Shown in pieces: positions 20,480 through 31,883 of a stretch of 64,000 bases of DNA (position 1 is the stretch's first letter; every line of letters starts with the position of its first letter). Under the pieces are notes generated by a model that saw nothing but the letters and a program-made list of their open reading frames with translations, searched no databases and was not told the DNA's origin. The position numbers and the translations under genes are program-made. This stretch comes from a virus: positions 2,763 to 66,762 of the IMG/VR virus record IMGVR_UViG_3300028559_000035, one strand, 5' to 3'.

Positions 20480-21439
20480 TTAACTTAAAACCTTTTCTAT
20501 TATTTTATTAGTAGGATCTTCCCAATTTTTATTAATTTTATTTTTAGATATTAAAAAGCCGGGAATTGTATCTAATGTTCCTGACATTATTCCAAGATTA
20601 TTTAATGATTCAACATTACATAATTGTTCATATTGACCAATAATAGGAATTACTAATAGTTTTTTGCCACACCATAATGCTTCTGATGTTGTTTGAAATC
20701 CACCAGTTGTAATAACACCGTGTGATGAAGTGAAACTTAATAAGAATTTATCCTTGTTAAGTGGATTTATTTTACAATTTCGATAAATTAAAGGTGATTT
20801 TACTTCATTTGAAAATAAGTGAAAATTAACTTTTGGATATTCATTTAATTTTTTTAATATTTCGGATAATCTAAAATTTGGTAAATATACAGTATAATGA
20901 CCATTGTCACATTTACTAGTAATCATAACATCATCTCTTATTATTGGATAATTAATAAAATTATCATATGGTTCAAAATGTAATCCAATTGGATTTGTTA
21001 CTGGTGACATGTGTTTTAATACAAATTCTCCTATAAAACTTCTTGACTTTGGTCTTGGAGTATTTTTTGATAAAAAGGAATATTGATTACCTATTCCCCA
21101 TATTTCTCTATCTTGAAATTTAGCAGCCCAAGAAGTTATAGGTTCAAAATCAGTAATTATTTTATCATATTCTGATAAATCTAGTCTAGTATCTTTAATG
21201 AATTTAAAAAGGTTATTATCAAAAAATGTTTTTATTTTATTGATACTACCATCAGAATTATGTTTAAAGTTAAATCCTTTGAAATTAAATTTAATATTAT
21301 GTGATATATCGATCTGATGGAATTCTCCAGATATTAAAATATCAACATCACATCCTAAATTTTTAAGTCTGTGTATAATCTTAGATGATCTAGTTATATG
21401 ACCATTTCCAGTTCCTTGTATTCCATATAATATTTTCAT
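20480..21439 (-). CDS. GT-B glycosyltransferase (MJ1255/VC2487-like, GT28-related)
   Basis: MKILYGIQGTGNGHITRS; ITDFEP; GGF.T.SEAL..GK; GQYEQ..N. Confidence 0.85.
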   Translation of the reverse strand: MKILYGIQGTGNGHITRSSKIIHRLKNLGCDVDILISGEFHQIDISHNIKFNFKGFNFKHNSDGSINKIKTFFDNNLFKFIKDTRLDLSEYDKIITDFEPITSWAAKFQDREIWGIGNQYSFLSKNTPRPKSRSFIGEFVLKHMSPVTNPIGLHFEPYDNFINYPIIRDDVMITSKCDNGHYTVYLPNFRLSEILKKLNEYPKVNFHLFSNEVKSPLIYRNCKINPLNKDKFLLSFTSSHGVITTGGFQTTSEALWCGKKLLVIPIIGQYEQLCNVESLNNLGIMSGTLDTIPGFLISKNKINKNWEDPTNKIIEKVLS

Positions 21440-22164
21440 TTTTTAAATAATAATTTCATATTACCATCTAAATCCTCGATGATATAAGAACATGATTCTA
21501 CCCAATCACCTGTATTATAATATTTGCTTAATTCTATTTCTGGAGTATGTGTATGTCCAATCATTATTGAATCACATTTAACTTCTTTTAATTTAGCTTC
21601 TGACATAATTTTATATTCTGATATAAATTTAATGGCATTTTTTACTCTTGTTTTTAGATAAGCTGATAAACTCCAATATTGAAATCCAAATATTTTTCTA
21701 ATTTTATTATAATATTTATTAATAAACATTGATAAGCTGTATGCTTTATCACCTAAACCATATAAAAATGGATGTAATCTAACAAATCCATCAAAACAAT
21801 CACCATGTGTTATAAATATTCTTTCACCCTTAATTGTTGTATGGATATACTCATCACATATAAGTATTTCACCAATATTAATTGGACCATCTTCAATTAA
21901 ATCTCGAATATAAAAATCATGATTTCCTATTAAATAAACTATTTCAACATCTTTTCTAGATAATCTTAAAACTTTTTGTATAACAGTTGAGTGGTCTTGG
22001 GTCCAAAAAAACTTTTTTTTAAGTGAAGTCATATCAATAAAATCTCCTACTATTATTAATTTTTCAAATTCATATTTTTTAAATACATCTAATAGTTTTG
22101 ATGCTTGTGAATTAGGACTTCCTAAATGTACATCACTTATAAATAATGTTTTAATTTTTTCCAT
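21436..22164 (-). CDS. LpxH-like metallophosphoesterase (UDP-2,3-diacylglucosamine diphosphatase family)
   Basis: SDVHLG, GDFID, GNHD, HGD, GHTH, NTGDWVES motifs. Confidence 0.85.
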   Translation of the reverse strand: MEKIKTLFISDVHLGSPNSQASKLLDVFKKYEFEKLIIVGDFIDMTSLKKKFFWTQDHSTVIQKVLRLSRKDVEIVYLIGNHDFYIRDLIEDGPINIGEILICDEYIHTTIKGERIFITHGDCFDGFVRLHPFLYGLGDKAYSLSMFINKYYNKIRKIFGFQYWSLSAYLKTRVKNAIKFISEYKIMSEAKLKEVKCDSIMIGHTHTPEIELSKYYNTGDWVESCSYIIEDLDGNMKLLFKK

Positions 22165-22185
22165 ACTTTATATATTAATATTATA

Positions 22186-23145
22186 TTAAATAATATCAAT
22201 ATAAACAACTAAATTAGATATTTTACCTTCAAGTGACCATTTTTCATGTTTAGAAAGTGTAATATTTTTCCTAACAGGATCACCTATGAATAAAACTCCA
22301 CATGTAATTGTATCTGAGCCAAATTCAGAAATTAATCTTAAAAGTAATTCTGATACATCTGTTATTAAAAATCCATTATAAAATTTACTTTTATCATCAA
22401 TCATAATTAAATAACTTCTTCCAGATGAATGTTTTGTTCTAACCGGACCAACTGTTGCTTCAAATTCTTTATTATCAGCTTCATAATTATCTTGATTAAA
22501 ATTATAAATAATATCTTTTATAGATTCATAATCATCTTCTGTAGCTTTCATATCAATATCCATTCTAAAATCTTTAGACTCTTCTATTAAAGGTTGTCCA
22601 GTAAATAGAATTCTAACATCAAAAATAGATCTAAAATTTTCTTCATCTTTTATTTTCAAATTATCTACTTTACTAACTATATTATTTAATTTTTCTTTTC
22701 TTGACCAATCAATATGATTAATTAAATAATCTATATTTTCATGTGAAAATAATTCTAGTTTTCTTTGCCATGTGTTGGCTTTATTTTTAATAACATTTTC
22801 GTTTGTAAAAATTCCTTTAATTACTAGATCTTCATTTAAAATATATTTGTAAACAGAAACAATTGTATTTATAAAATTTTCTAAATGTTCTTCATTTTTA
22901 AATTTCTCTCTATTTTTAGAAATATCAAATTTTATATAAATTACTTGTTTACCCCAAGAGGTCTTTCTAATAATTAAATCATCAAGTTTTGTGTCATAAA
23001 AATTAGCATAATCTGTTGACATAACTCCAAAATTTACATCAAAATCATCATCTTTAATATCTAAACACATATCATTTATTGTTTCTAGAACATCTTTCAG
23101 ATTAAGAAATTTAGTTGACTCGTTATAAGGTATTAAATATTTCAT
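22186..23145 (-). CDS. CTS-tagged hypothetical protein (MKYLIPYNES)
   Basis: 319-aa ORF; shared N-terminal motif. Confidence 0.55.
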   Translation of the reverse strand: MKYLIPYNESTKFLNLKDVLETINDMCLDIKDDDFDVNFGVMSTDYANFYDTKLDDLIIRKTSWGKQVIYIKFDISKNREKFKNEEHLENFINTIVSVYKYILNEDLVIKGIFTNENVIKNKANTWQRKLELFSHENIDYLINHIDWSRKEKLNNIVSKVDNLKIKDEENFRSIFDVRILFTGQPLIEESKDFRMDIDMKATEDDYESIKDIIYNFNQDNYEADNKEFEATVGPVRTKHSSGRSYLIMIDDKSKFYNGFLITDVSELLLRLISEFGSDTITCGVLFIGDPVRKNITLSKHEKWSLEGKISNLVVYIDII

Positions 23146-23245
23146 CTATTTTATATTTTTTTAAATATCTTAAATTACTAATATAATCAGAATCTAAATC
23201 ATCTACCGATTCTGTCAAAGAATTAAAACTTTTTAAGTATTTCAT
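23123..23245 (-). CDS. 40-aa CTS-tagged peptide (MKYLKSFNSLTES...), not in ORF track
   Basis: Manual translation; TAATATATA box upstream on - strand. Confidence 0.4.
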   Translation of the reverse strand: MKYLKSFNSLTESVDDLDSDYISNLRYLKKYKIDEIFNTL

Positions 23246-23271
23246 TATAAACTATATATTAAACTATATCT

Positions 23272-24608
23272 ATGAATTCGAAAAATCTATTAAATCTTGA
23301 GTTAATTAAAGTTACCCTAGAATCAATTATAAATTCTAGTAATGAGTATGTAGTTGAATTAGGTCTATATCTAAATGGTATCACAAATTTAAATATAATT
23401 AAAGATTTTAGTGTTAAATTAAAAGATGTAGATATTAAAAGATCTATTAGAGAATATAAAATTAATCATTTGTTAGAAAAAAATGAAGAAAAAACTTTAG
23501 AATCTTTTGATAAAATTATTGGTGAAAAATTTTTAAAAAATCCTGTCCCACATCCACTCGAACAAATAACTATTTCTTTAATTTTTCCAGAGGAAGTTGA
23601 AATAATAAGTTTAAATATTACTAAAATTACATAAAATAAATGAAAGAATTTATAAAACTTTATAAGAGTAAAAAATTAGATTGGCATTATACTGGGTTTT
23701 TAACTAGTTTGGCACCAGACCAAGAACCACAGGTTATTGAATTATTTGAAAAAGGAATGCAACATATTTTAAAAAATGATATAGATGATGTTAGAAACGG
23801 ACTTATACTTCCAATAATTAGAAAAATATATGTAAGTTTAGTTACACATAACTGGGTTAATGATAATAATAAGTTATTACTTTATAACTTAATAGATATT
23901 GATGATTTAATAAATGATATATATTCACAATATAAAAAATCAATGGGATGTTTATCTAATTTTGAATATATTGATCATGAATGTGAATTTTGTTCATTGT
24001 TTACAAAAAGTTATATAGGAAAATTATCAAAGGAATTTTTTAAAAATAAAAGTGATAGAGAAATTATTTTAATATTAAATAGAGAAGATAGATTGAAGAA
24101 AATAATATAATAAATTTTATTATATTTGTATATGTTAAAAACCCAAATTGATAATCTCATACAATTCTGCTTCATGTTTCATCCATCTATGTCTAATTGG
24201 AAAGAACAATCTCCAGATTACATTAAAGAAAAGTGGGATAAATATATTGGAATAGATCTTACAAATACTTGTGATGATAAATCATATTATCATAATACTT
24301 CAAATTGGATAAAAACATGGAATTTAAAAGATGAAGATTTTTTAAAAATAAAAGGAATTATTAGATTTATAATTTCTCTTTCAGAAAAACCTATATTAGT
24401 GAGACACCAAACTCAATTTCAAGGAAAAATAGAAATATGGACTTTATGTGAAATTATTGAAAATTTTGAAAACCAAATTTCACCAGTAAATAAAATAACT
24501 GATATTCGATACAATTCTACACATGAGTTAATAAATATAGAAATTAGAAACTGGTTAAGTATTACTCAAAATAATAGAGATTACAATCTATATAGAATAC
24601 TTGAATAA
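23272..24608 (+). CDS. Three hypothetical proteins carrying the RExK(I/L)xx(I/L)L motif (23272..23634, 23640..24110, 24126..24608)
   Basis: IREYKINHLL, NREDRLKKII, NRDYNLYRIL. Confidence 0.5.
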
Positions 24609-26760
24609 TTATCTTATTAAGTTTACTGTTCCAGAATTATATTGCTTAGTTCTATTTAAATTTCTCCAATTAATAACATAGATATAAACATCTTGTGGAC
24701 AAATTTTGTCACCATATGTACCATCCCAACCATTATCTACATCAAATGAATGGTATATTTGCTCTCCCCATCTATTGAAAATAGATATCTCAAAATCTGT
24801 AATCATAGAACCTGTAGCTAAAAACCTATCATTAACTCCATCAAAATTTGGACTGAAAGAATTTGGAATATAAAGAACTGATATTGGATTTACTTTAATA
24901 CATGTTTCTGTTGAATCTATACAGAAAGGAATACCAGTTGAAAATTGACTAGTTGCTACTAAATTAACACAATAATCACCAATTAGTTTATATTTATATT
25001 TTAATTCAAATTGATTTGAAGTTGTTCCATCACCTAAATCCCAGAAGAATGAATCTCCATTCTCTGATATATTTTCAAATTCAAAATTAGCATCTAAAAT
25101 ATCTAATGTTTTAGATGGTTTTACTAAAAAATTAGCAACTGGTGATTGGTTAATAATTATATAATCTAGTTTTAATAAAGTATCTGAACATCCTAGATTA
25201 GTTAGACCAGATAAAGAAACTGAATAAATACCTGAATTTTCAAAACAATTTTGAACAGATTGTCCATTTTTTAATTCATTATTAAAATTCCAAGTATATA
25301 ATATTGATGATATAGGAAAATCAACTGTAAAATCTATACAGAATGGAGTACATCCAGTACTATCTGATTCACTAAATTGAACATCTGGAAGAGGATTTAC
25401 ATTAACAAGGTAATTATATGTTTCTATACAACCATTTGCATCAGTTAATGTAGCTGTATAGATAGTTGTTATAATAGGATTTACAGTTGTAATATTAGGA
25501 TATGTTTGAATATTTTGAGAATTAGACCAAATTATACTAAATGGTGAAATCGATCCATTTTGATTTACATCTAATAGAATATCTTCTCCTTGACAAATAG
25601 TTGTTAAATTTTTACCAGTTAAACTTATATCAATAGGTTGTGTTAATATAAAATTATCTACTAATACACAACCATTATTATCAATAACACTTATTTGATA
25701 ATTTCCTGCAAATAATCCTGTAATTAGTGGAGTATTTTGAACCGGAACTGTATTCCAAGTAATATTATACGGTAGTGTGCCTCCATTAATATTACTCTGA
25801 ATTTGACCATTTGAATATCCAAAACATTGTGGTTGTATTGATGTGAAAGTATTTGAAAGAGGTAAACTCGGTCCCAATATTTGAATATTACTAACTTGTA
25901 ATACACAACCATTTTGATCTGTTATATTAATAGTATAAGTGCCTGTTCCTAAATTTTGGAAGAATCCGGTATTATTCACTTCAGTTGTAATATCATATGA
26001 ATAAGGACCAACTCCACCATTTGCATTTATAGATATTTGTCCGTTTGTATTACCAAAACAATCAATATTTGTTATAATTGGTGGATTATTTGTTAATTGA
26101 GTAGGTTCAGTTATATTAACATTTATATTTGATAAACATCCATTAAAATCTTGTACTAAAACATTAGAAACTCCAGCACCAATTCCAGTAAATTGTCCAG
26201 TATTATTTGATATTGAACCCAATGTATATGTATATGGTGCAATTCCATTTACTGAGTTTAATGTAAAACTTCCGGTTAAATCACCATTACATAATATATT
26301 TTGTTGATTTATTATACTATTCATAACTGGTGTGTTTTCATTAACTTGTACTATTATAGGTAAAGATTGACAATTATTATTATCAATAGCAATAACTTGA
26401 TAACTTCCAGAACCAATACCACTATATGGCATCACTACTGGATTTCCATCCACAGTAAAAGTATAAGGTGGTGTGCCACCATTAGCATTAAAATTAAATC
26501 CACCATCTAAAAATCCATTACAAGTAACATTAGTAACTGATAATTGATTAAGTGTTGGTAACACATTACATCCAGTAACAATGGTTCCTGGTGATAACTG
26601 AGATTGATAAAATCCATTACAACCAACTGTTACCCAACTTCCAGCATATCCATCAGATACCGGTGAAACATTAACAGTTAATGGTAATCCAATATTATTG
26701 GATGCAATCACACTAAAACATATAGTCCAGGGACCGGTTCCCATATCACCCCAATCATCT
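24609..26760 (-). pseudogene. 5'-truncated SprB-repeat/PKD protein with type B T9SS C-terminal (gliding-motility-associated) domain
   Basis: Repeats C.G..G......GG..PY.Y; PKD WDLGDG; C-terminus YIPNSFSPN.DGVND.F...IFNRWG...GWDG...G.V.LIR; no signal peptide, coding character lost near 26760. Confidence 0.75.
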
Positions 26761-27135
26761 AATGAATTTTTTGAAAGAGTTCTTAAATTTAAACAAAGTA
26801 GAGGTAAATTATTTAATGAAGGAATTGTTTTTAAAGAATTTTGTAACTTAAGAAAGTATGGTGAAAAAACAAATGAATATAGGATTTTTGTTTATAATCA
26901 TAATATAATATCGGTAGAGCAAAATACAGATCTTGGATATGGTCAAGTGCCTAATTATGAATTTATTAAAGAAATTATTCCAAATATTGATTCTAATTAT
27001 TTCACAATTGATATAGCTGAAAAAGAAGATGGATCTTGGATGATTCTTGAGTGTGGTGATGGTCAAGTATCTGGTATTAGTTCAGGACAAAGTGAATTTG
27101 TTTATTATTCTAATTTTTTGGAAAAAAGTTATTAA
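26761..27135 (+). pseudogene. 5'-truncated ATP-grasp (R2K/DUF4343-like) protein
   Basis: EYRIFV...FTIDIA...W.ILE.GDGQVSG C-terminal ATP-grasp motifs; the ORF-track N-terminus is antisense of the neighbouring gene. Confidence 0.6.
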
Positions 27136-27156
27136 AAATTTACTTATATTTACATT

Positions 27157-27549
27157 ATGAGTCATAGCATATCAGTCTATTTAATTAGAAAAGAAGAAAT
27201 AAGAGATTCTAAAATCGAAACAATTTTAGAAGGAAAGAATATTGAAATTAAATTCAAAGAATTGGGTTCTAACATTCTTGCAACAACTAAAATACCAAAT
27301 ATTAGAAAATTTGGTGAGAATCGAACTATTGCTAAAATTGAAACAGATTATTTTGGTGGTTCAGGAAGTCAATCTGCTAAACTTTTTGTTAATAACAAAA
27401 AAATTTATGATAAATCAGACGAACAAGACTGGTTATCTAAACCGATTAATGATGTTCTAAAAGAAATGGGTGTTCAAAAAATCCTAGGACAAGATGAATT
27501 TGATACTATCGGTTTAGGAAAATATCGATCAAATAAAGATTTTAATTAA
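27157..27549 (+). CDS. Hypothetical protein (ETDYFGGSG.Q.A family)
   Basis: Conserved-looking motifs ETDYFGG and DEFDTIGLG; internal IRDSKIETIL. Confidence 0.5.
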   Translation: MSHSISVYLIRKEEIRDSKIETILEGKNIEIKFKELGSNILATTKIPNIRKFGENRTIAKIETDYFGGSGSQSAKLFVNNKKIYDKSDEQDWLSKPINDVLKEMGVQKILGQDEFDTIGLGKYRSNKDFN

Positions 27550-27553
27550 ATAA

Positions 27554-28096
27554 ATGAATAATAATAATAAAAGACTTCCTCAAATAAAGGAAAAAAAGCA
27601 TAAAACAAATAGTGAAATAAGATTTTCACAAGTTAGAGTTACTGGTGATATAGGGAAAGGAGAAATAATGTCTTCCTATGAGGCAGCTAAACTTGCAGAA
27701 TCTCTTGATAAAGATTTAATTCTTATATCAGAAAATTCAAATCCACCAGTTGTTAGAATTGATAATTATGGTAAATTTCTATATGAGATAGAAAAAAGAG
27801 AAAAGGAAAGTCGTAAAAATCAAAGAAAAACAGAATTAAAAGAAATTTCACTTTCAGTTAGTATTGCAGATCACGATTTAGGTGTTAAATCTAAAAAAGC
27901 TATAGAATTTTTAGAAGATGGTAATAAAGTTAAATTAACACTTTTACTTAGAGGTCGTCAACATAATATGTCAGAACAAGGACAAGTTGTTATGTTAAAA
28001 TTTGCAACTTTAGTTGAAGAAGTGGGTTTAGCAGAGGCTATGCCTAAATTAGAAGGATCAAAATGGAATATGATATTAAAACCTAAAAAAAAATAA
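27554..28096 (+). CDS. infC: Translation initiation factor IF-3
   Basis: N.EIR..QVRV, DLILIS....PPV.RI..YGKFLYE, KEI......I..HD...K......FL..G.KVK.....RGR. Confidence 0.92.
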   Translation: MNNNNKRLPQIKEKKHKTNSEIRFSQVRVTGDIGKGEIMSSYEAAKLAESLDKDLILISENSNPPVVRIDNYGKFLYEIEKREKESRKNQRKTELKEISLSVSIADHDLGVKSKKAIEFLEDGNKVKLTLLLRGRQHNMSEQGQVVMLKFATLVEEVGLAEAMPKLEGSKWNMILKPKKK

Positions 28097-28425
28097 AATG
28101 GAACTAAATTTAGAAAACCCAATATTTGTTGTTTATCTTAATGTTGATGGAATGTCTCGTATGAGTGCTCATGAATCAATGGAAGTTGCAAAATTATATT
28201 TATTATTTGATAATGTCACCACATGGATTCTTCCAATAAAATCAGAAACAAAGATAGAAATAATTTGGCAAGGCTCAAAATATTCAACAAATACTGATAT
28301 AACAGATTTTAATAATCTCGGAAATTTAATAAATAGATTTAACGAGGTTATTGAGGTTATTTCAAATGGGACAGACGATGAATCCATTAAACAACAACTA
28401 AGAAACCTACAATTGAAAAAAATAA

Positions 28426-29235
28426 TTGTGGACGATGATACAAATATTTAAAGGATTTTGGACAATTGAAGATGTTAAAAAATCGCCAAATAAAATTTTT
28501 ATATACGGGGATAATGATTTGCTAACTGGGTTAGGTGGTCAGGCAATAATTAGAAATGAATCTAATACTTTAGGAATTAGAACTAAAAAGAAACCATCAC
28601 ACGAAAAAGACGCATATTATACTGATGATGAGTTTGAAGATAATAAGAAAAAAATAACTCAAGATATTAAAAAAATATTAGATGAATTATTATTTGGAAC
28701 TATAATTGTATTCTCAGAGGGCGGATATGGAACTGATAGAGCTAAATTAAAAGAAAAAGCTCCAAAAACTTATCAATTTTTATGTGATATTCTTCTCCAA
28801 AAATTTGGATATCATAATGATTTGGGGAAAATAGTTCCAAAACCTTCTGATTTAAAAAAAGCTAAAGAATTAGCAATGAATTATGAACATAATAAACTAG
28901 GTCATAGTCAGTTAGTTCCTGGTCAATTTAGGAAAGAGTTATTAGAAAAAAAAGTCTATACAACATTTGATGCTATTAAATTAGGATTAAGAACAGCAAC
29001 AACTCGTTCAGATAAATTTAAAAAAGGTGAAAATGTAATATTCAAATCTAATACATCTGAAAGACTAGTTTGTAGAGTATTATGTGATTCATATCCAGTT
29101 AAAGATATGAAAAGAGAAGATTGGTCAAAATTAGAAGGATGGTCTACAAATTATTTTGATTTAAATCCTGATATTATAAGAAAATTTCAATTTAGATTCG
29201 AATATTTATATTCATATTTTGTAGATAGTAAATAA
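28426..29235 (+). CDS. Two-domain protein: phage FxYGDN...GGQA domain + ASCH/PUA-like domain
   Basis: FIYGDND...GLGGQAIIR.E.N..GI.TK; C-terminal DAI..G.RTATTR. Confidence 0.55.
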   Translation: MWTMIQIFKGFWTIEDVKKSPNKIFIYGDNDLLTGLGGQAIIRNESNTLGIRTKKKPSHEKDAYYTDDEFEDNKKKITQDIKKILDELLFGTIIVFSEGGYGTDRAKLKEKAPKTYQFLCDILLQKFGYHNDLGKIVPKPSDLKKAKELAMNYEHNKLGHSQLVPGQFRKELLEKKVYTTFDAIKLGLRTATTRSDKFKKGENVIFKSNTSERLVCRVLCDSYPVKDMKREDWSKLEGWSTNYFDLNPDIIRKFQFRFEYLYSYFVDSK

Positions 29236-29726
29236 TTTACTATATTTGTGTAAATAAATACACTATGTCTGAGCAATATTTTGAAGAAGTTAAAGAAAAT
29301 TTTGATTTTGATTCAGAATCACAATATTTGGCATTTTGTCAAATGTATCAAAATCTACAATATCAAGAATTACTTGAAGAAATAAATAAAGAAGAAATCC
29401 AATGACAATAAGTAGTCTAAAAATTGCCCTCAAATTATTACCTCTAAAAAAAGAGGTTAAAAATTCCATTATTAAAAATTCTGAATCAATAATTGAATTT
29501 GGAAAATTTATTTCTGATAAATATTCAATTACATTTAAAGATGCTGAAGCTAAAATACAATCAGATCTAAGTTTAGAAATAAATTCAATGCTCAACTCAA
29601 TGGGTAATGATATTGTATTAAATGCTGCAAATAAATCATATGAATATGCCTTAAAAGAAGGATATCCTAAAGCAGAAGAGTTAAAAACTGCTATAATTAA
29701 TTTAAGTGAATCTTTGAGTAAGCAGT

Positions 29727-30254
29727 TTAGTTAGATCTTTCTAAATTTGTAGCCCTATTTAAATAATAGTCTTCATTAAATCCTAATCTTTTTAATAAAG
29801 GTAAAAAATTATTATTTAAAATATTGATAGTTTCATCTATATCTATATTATCAAACTCTTCTAAGTAACAATAATCGGTTTCACCAGTTGTTATATCTTT
29901 AATAAAAACATCTCCACGATATTCAGATTTTTGATATAAAATACACATATCTATTGTAGATTTACTTCTAAAATAGATAGAGACAGAGACATGGAAAGAT
30001 TCATTTCTAATTATAAATACAAAAACATCATTATCATTGGTTACAAAATGATTATCATCTTCAACAATACACCTGTTAATAACTGGAACAAAATATCTTA
30101 ATTTTTTAAAAAAAATTGATACAGGCATTTGAATACTTAGAACACTTGCAAAATTATTGTCTATATCTTTATTCAAATCATCTTTAGATATATCTGGATT
30201 TAGATTCTTTTGAATTTCATCATCAAATAGTTCATTTAGTTTCTTAATATTCAT
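29727..30254 (-). CDS. CTS-like tagged hypothetical protein (MNIKKLNE)
   Basis: ORF track; late-type box upstream. Confidence 0.5.
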   Translation of the reverse strand: MNIKKLNELFDDEIQKNLNPDISKDDLNKDIDNNFASVLSIQMPVSIFFKKLRYFVPVINRCIVEDDNHFVTNDNDVFVFIIRNESFHVSVSIYFRSKSTIDMCILYQKSEYRGDVFIKDITTGETDYCYLEEFDNIDIDETINILNNNFLPLLKRLGFNEDYYLNRATNLERSN

Positions 30255-30507
30255 AATATTTATAGTTTTTCTTATATATTAATAATTAAATTTTAGTAAC
30301 CAGCAAGATAGATAAATTTTTTTAAGAAATTTATCATTTTATTTTCACTATTTCCAGAAGAAACTTGTACCCATGAACCACACACCTTAGTCTAAGTACC
30401 GGATAATCTGTATAATTTGTATCAATTATGTATAATGGATAATTTTCATCCCAATCTTCTTTAAAATAAAATTGTTTATATAGAATTTTATAACTATATT
30501 TGTAAAT

Positions 30508-31146
30508 ATGAAGTATAACTCCTTTAGATATCTGTATCCTCCCAGACCTAAAAACGCGATTCCAGATTCAGATTTGAATTTCTGGGATAATGGTTCATTG
30601 CTTGGTCAACCAAAAATAAATGGTTCAAATGCAACTATCTATACTAATGGAATAGAACTATTAGTTATGAATCGACATGGACAATATCTAACCAATGTTA
30701 ATATTTCGAAAGAAGAAATTCTTCGTTTATTTCGTGGTGAAGTTGGTAAATGGTTGGTATTAAATGGAGAATATTTAAATAAATCTAAGCAAGACGAAAA
30801 TCGTCTCGTATTCAATCATAAACTTGTTATTTTTGATATACTAGTTTATAATTCAGAATACCTTATAGGAGAAACATTTCAAGATAGAATAAATCTTCTT
30901 GATGAATTATATGAGCAAAAATATTCTGAAAAGCCTTATTTATACTCAATTTCAGATAATATTTATCATGTTAAGTCATTTGAAACCGGATTCAAATCTA
31001 TATTTGATGAATTAACAAAAATAGATATGATCGAAGGTTTAGTATTAAAGAGAAAGAATGCTAAACTTGAACCAGGAAATAGTGAAAATAATAATATCAA
31101 ATCACAAATTAAAGCTCGTAAAAGATCCAAATCTTATAAATATTAG
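30508..31146 (+). CDS. Minimal ATP-dependent ligase/capping-type nucleotidyltransferase domain
   Basis: QPKING (motif I variant), LNGE, FDIL, EGLVLK, QIKAR; no OB domain. Confidence 0.7.
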   Translation: MKYNSFRYLYPPRPKNAIPDSDLNFWDNGSLLGQPKINGSNATIYTNGIELLVMNRHGQYLTNVNISKEEILRLFRGEVGKWLVLNGEYLNKSKQDENRLVFNHKLVIFDILVYNSEYLIGETFQDRINLLDELYEQKYSEKPYLYSISDNIYHVKSFETGFKSIFDELTKIDMIEGLVLKRKNAKLEPGNSENNNIKSQIKARKRSKSYKY

Positions 31147-31158
31147 AAAGTAAATTAT

Positions 31159-31716
31159 ATGATAAAAAAATTTGAATCTTATTCCCAAGAATTACATGAT
31201 TATGTAAAGGGAAAAACAAAATTGACACCACAGACTAATATTCTTATGAATGATAGGAGTAAAAATTGGTATGAGGAACTTGGAAAATATTTTGTTGATG
31301 TATTTGGTAAGAATTTACCAGGTGGATTATCATTTTATAATGATAAGATAGATAAACTTGGAATATTGGATAAATTAAGTGGTAAATCTGAAAGGTTATA
31401 CGCTAATATAGGAATATTCGTATTCACATCAGTTTTTGATGAAGATGTTCTTAGATCTTTATTTGGTGAACCACTTTATCATGATGAGTTTGGTGAGGGA
31501 TTTGAAGGAGAATATGATGAAGAAACAGATGATTATTTAGAACCAGAAAATAAATTTCAATATGCTTCTCATTTTGTTGAAATTGAAGGTGTTAAATTTC
31601 ATATTGGATATGACCACCGAGGAACTTCAATGGAAGTTGAAGTAGGAACATCACCTCAAAAATTATTTGAGTGTATTAAAAGTTTAATTGATAAATATAA
31701 AACAATTTTGAAATAA
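31159..31716 (+). CDS. CTS-like tagged hypothetical protein (MIKKFES)
   Basis: ORF track. Confidence 0.5.
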   Translation: MIKKFESYSQELHDYVKGKTKLTPQTNILMNDRSKNWYEELGKYFVDVFGKNLPGGLSFYNDKIDKLGILDKLSGKSERLYANIGIFVFTSVFDEDVLRSLFGEPLYHDEFGEGFEGEYDEETDDYLEPENKFQYASHFVEIEGVKFHIGYDHRGTSMEVEVGTSPQKLFECIKSLIDKYKTILK

Positions 31717-31750
31717 ACTTATTTATTATTATATTTGTAATAAGATATAA

Positions 31751-31856
31751 TTACTGATTTACGAATGGTGCGGTCATAACAGTTATCTTTTAGTTAACGG
31801 AGTTAACACTATAAGATATAGGCTGATGGCGGTATACTCACAGTAAAATATTAATT
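31751..31856 (+). ncRNA. Candidate rod-shaped structured ncRNA (~106 nt)
   Basis: Closing stem TTACTG/CAGTAA; CGGTC/GGCTG; TATCTT/AAGATA; TTAAC-GGA-GTTAA; own TATATTTG box at 31730; no ORF. Confidence 0.5.
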
Positions 31857-31883
31857 TTTTATAAACTAGTAAAAAATACTACA

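Noticed and set aside
30290-30480. Intergenic region as ncRNA
   Set aside because: Reads as degraded - strand coding fragments; no convincing nested stems.
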